Source of the DNA: an uncultured Bacilli bacterium
GTDB taxonomy: Bacteria > Bacillota_I > Bacilli_A > RF39 > UBA660
Direction: 5' to 3'
DNA: 64,000 bases
NCBI GenBank assembly: GCA_944350365.1
Contig: CALVOU010000001.1
Coordinates: forward strand, 14,814-78,813
Made by a program: the position numbers and the translations under genes. The notes beneath the pieces are model-generated. The model saw only the letters and a list, made by a program, of their open reading frames with translations, was not told the DNA's origin and did not search any database. Positions 62,448 through 64,000 of this stretch are shown here, one piece after another; position 1 is the first letter of the stretch, and every line of letters starts with the position of its first letter.

Positions 62448-62888
62448 ATGAAAGTTATATTTGTTAAAGATTTAAAAAAGCAAGCCAAAAAAGGCGATAT
62501 CAAAGAAGTAAAAGATGGGTATGCAAAAAACTATTTAATCAAAAATGGTTATGCTATCCAAATGACAGAAAAAAACTTAGAAGTCTACGAAGAAGAAAAA
62601 CAAAAACACCAACAAGAACAAGACACTAAACGTCAAGAAGCGCTAAAACAAAAAGAAGAATTGGAAAAATTAACCTTATTATTTAAAGTTAAAACTGGAG
62701 AACAAGATAAAGTCTTCGGCAGTGTAAGTCCTAAACAAATCAAAGACGAATTACATAAAAAAGGGTACAAAATCGAAAAAAGACAGATTGAACTAATCAG
62801 TAATTTAACTACTTTAGGATATCATCAAGTAAAGATCAATCTCTTTAAAGAAGTTGTTGCCACAATAAAAGTACAATTAGTCAAATAA
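62448..62888 (+). CDS. rplI: 50S ribosomal protein L9
   Basis: 146 aa. MKVIFVKDLKK... Confidence 0.9.
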   Translation: MKVIFVKDLKKQAKKGDIKEVKDGYAKNYLIKNGYAIQMTEKNLEVYEEEKQKHQQEQDTKRQEALKQKEELEKLTLLFKVKTGEQDKVFGSVSPKQIKDELHKKGYKIEKRQIELISNLTTLGYHQVKINLFKEVVATIKVQLVK

Positions 62889-62906
62889 CACCCGGAGGTG
62901 AAGAAT

Positions 62907-64000
62907 ATGGCAACTAAAACTATACCTAATGATCTGGTTGCGGAACAGTCTGTTTTAGGAGCAATGTTTTTATCGAAGTTAGCAATAGAAAAAGCAACAG
63001 AGAAACTAACCAAAAGAAGTTTTTATAGTGAAAAAAATGGTATTATTTTTTCTGTTCTTGCCGACTTATATGATAAAAAAGTGCCTATTGATTTAACGAC
63101 AGTAACCGCAGAATTAAATCAAACGAGTAAATTAAATGAAGTTGGTGGCGTTGAATATTTAACAGAGATTATTGATACCGTGCCAACCGCAGCGAATATT
63201 GATTACTATATTAAAATTGTCGAAGATAACGCGATGCTTAGAGATGTTATTGATACTTCGACAGAAATAGCTACTCTTGCTTACGAACATGAAGGCGAAG
63301 TGACAGAAGTATTAGATCAAGTAGAGCGTAAAATTGTTGGTATCATTAAAAACAGACGTAGTAGTGAATTTAGAAAAATTCAAGAAGTACTAAATGATGT
63401 GCAATCAAATTTAGAGAAGTTAGCTCAATCTAAAGGAGAAATAACTGGTATCCCAACAGGATGGTATGAACTAGATAAATTAACCTCAGGTCTTCAAGAA
63501 AACCAATTAATTATTCTAGCTGCTCGTCCTGCGATGGGAAAAACGGCTTTTGCCCTAAATCTAGCCACTAATGTTGCTATCAATACCGATAAAAGCGTTG
63601 CTATTTTTTCATTAGAAATGGGTGCAGAACAGTTAGCCAGTCGTATTATCTCCTCTTTAGGACAAATAGAAGGACAAAAACTAACGAATGGTAATTTATT
63701 AAATAATGATTGGAAGCGAATTACTGAAGCAAAAAGTCAGCTAGCTGGTGCCAAACTTTATATCTCTGATGATGCTGGAGTTACTGTCGGAGAACTAAAA
63801 ACAAAGTGTCGTCGTCTAGCGACAAGTGAAGATGGTCTAGATCTAGTCATTATCGATCACTTACAGCTTCTAACGATGGGCGGAAACTATGGAAACAATC
63901 GTCAGGCAGAAATTACCGATATTTCTAGAAGTTTGAAGAAAATGGCTATGGAACTAAATATCCCAGTCATTGCGCTAGCTCAGCTATCCCGTGGTGTAGA
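62907..64000 (+). CDS. dnaB: Replicative DNA helicase (DnaB family; dnaC in Bacillus nomenclature), partial at the window end
   Basis: It has the N-terminal AEQSVLGAMF motif and Walker A (AARPAMGKTAF). It runs off the window end. Confidence 0.85.
   Translation, partial: MATKTIPNDLVAEQSVLGAMFLSKLAIEKATEKLTKRSFYSEKNGIIFSVLADLYDKKVPIDLTTVTAELNQTSKLNEVGGVEYLTEIIDTVPTAANIDYYIKIVEDNAMLRDVIDTSTEIATLAYEHEGEVTEVLDQVERKIVGIIKNRRSSEFRKIQEVLNDVQSNLEKLAQSKGEITGIPTGWYELDKLTSGLQENQLIILAARPAMGKTAFALNLATNVAINTDKSVAIFSLEMGAEQLASRIISSLGQIEGQKLTNGNLLNNDWKRITEAKSQLAGAKLYISDDAGVTVGELKTKCRRLATSEDGLDLVIIDHLQLLTMGGNYGNNRQAEITDISRSLKKMAMELNIPVIALAQLSRGV

Overview
This is the origin-proximal chromosome region of a low-GC (about 30% GC) spore-forming Firmicute. 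Gene content and order closely follow the Bacillus subtilis oriC neighbourhood. The minus strand carries lysS, dusB, ftsH, tilS, divIC, yabQ, yabP, spoVG, veg, yabG, rsmA, tatD, metS, dut, spoVT, mfd, pth, rsmI, yabB, ricT, holB, bofA, recR, ebfC, dnaX, tadA, ffs, gyrA, gyrB, recF, dnaN and dnaA. The plus strand carries rpmH, rnpA, yidC, jag, mnmE, mnmG, rsmG, a noc-like gene, soj, spo0J, ychF, rpsF, ssb, rpsR, rplI and a partial dnaB-type helicase. oriC, with DnaA-box clusters on both sides of dnaA, is at about 42.7-44.5 kb. The short SRP RNA and other details suggest an Erysipelotrichia-like lineage.

The standout feature is a 1.8 kb gene-free, internally duplicated region (33537-35358) between tadA/ffs and gyrA. 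It holds nine perfect or near-perfect parS sites (TGTTTCACGTGAAACA). Five of them sit at a fixed offset of about 28 bp from a Noc-binding-site palindrome (ATTTCCCGGGAAAT). DnaA boxes flank the region. This looks like a composite Spo0J/Noc centromere-like super-site. Cognate noc-like, soj and spo0J genes are encoded 17-20 kb away in the same window.

Other notable items:
- a solo IS200/IS605-family tnpB with a candidate omega-RNA right end, inserted between spoVG and yabP;
- a ComK-family gene between dnaN and recF;
- a thymidylate-synthase-fold protein with a roughly 160 aa N-terminal extension, between rsmG and noc;
- a Noc-like ParB paralog that lacks the membrane-targeting N-terminal helix and has a Ser/Thr/Pro-rich linker;
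- isolated NBS palindromes upstream of pth and mnmG;
- a frameshifted exported-protein gene at a poly-A tract;
- a GC-rich structured element downstream of mfd.

No CRISPR array, rRNA or tRNA genes were seen.
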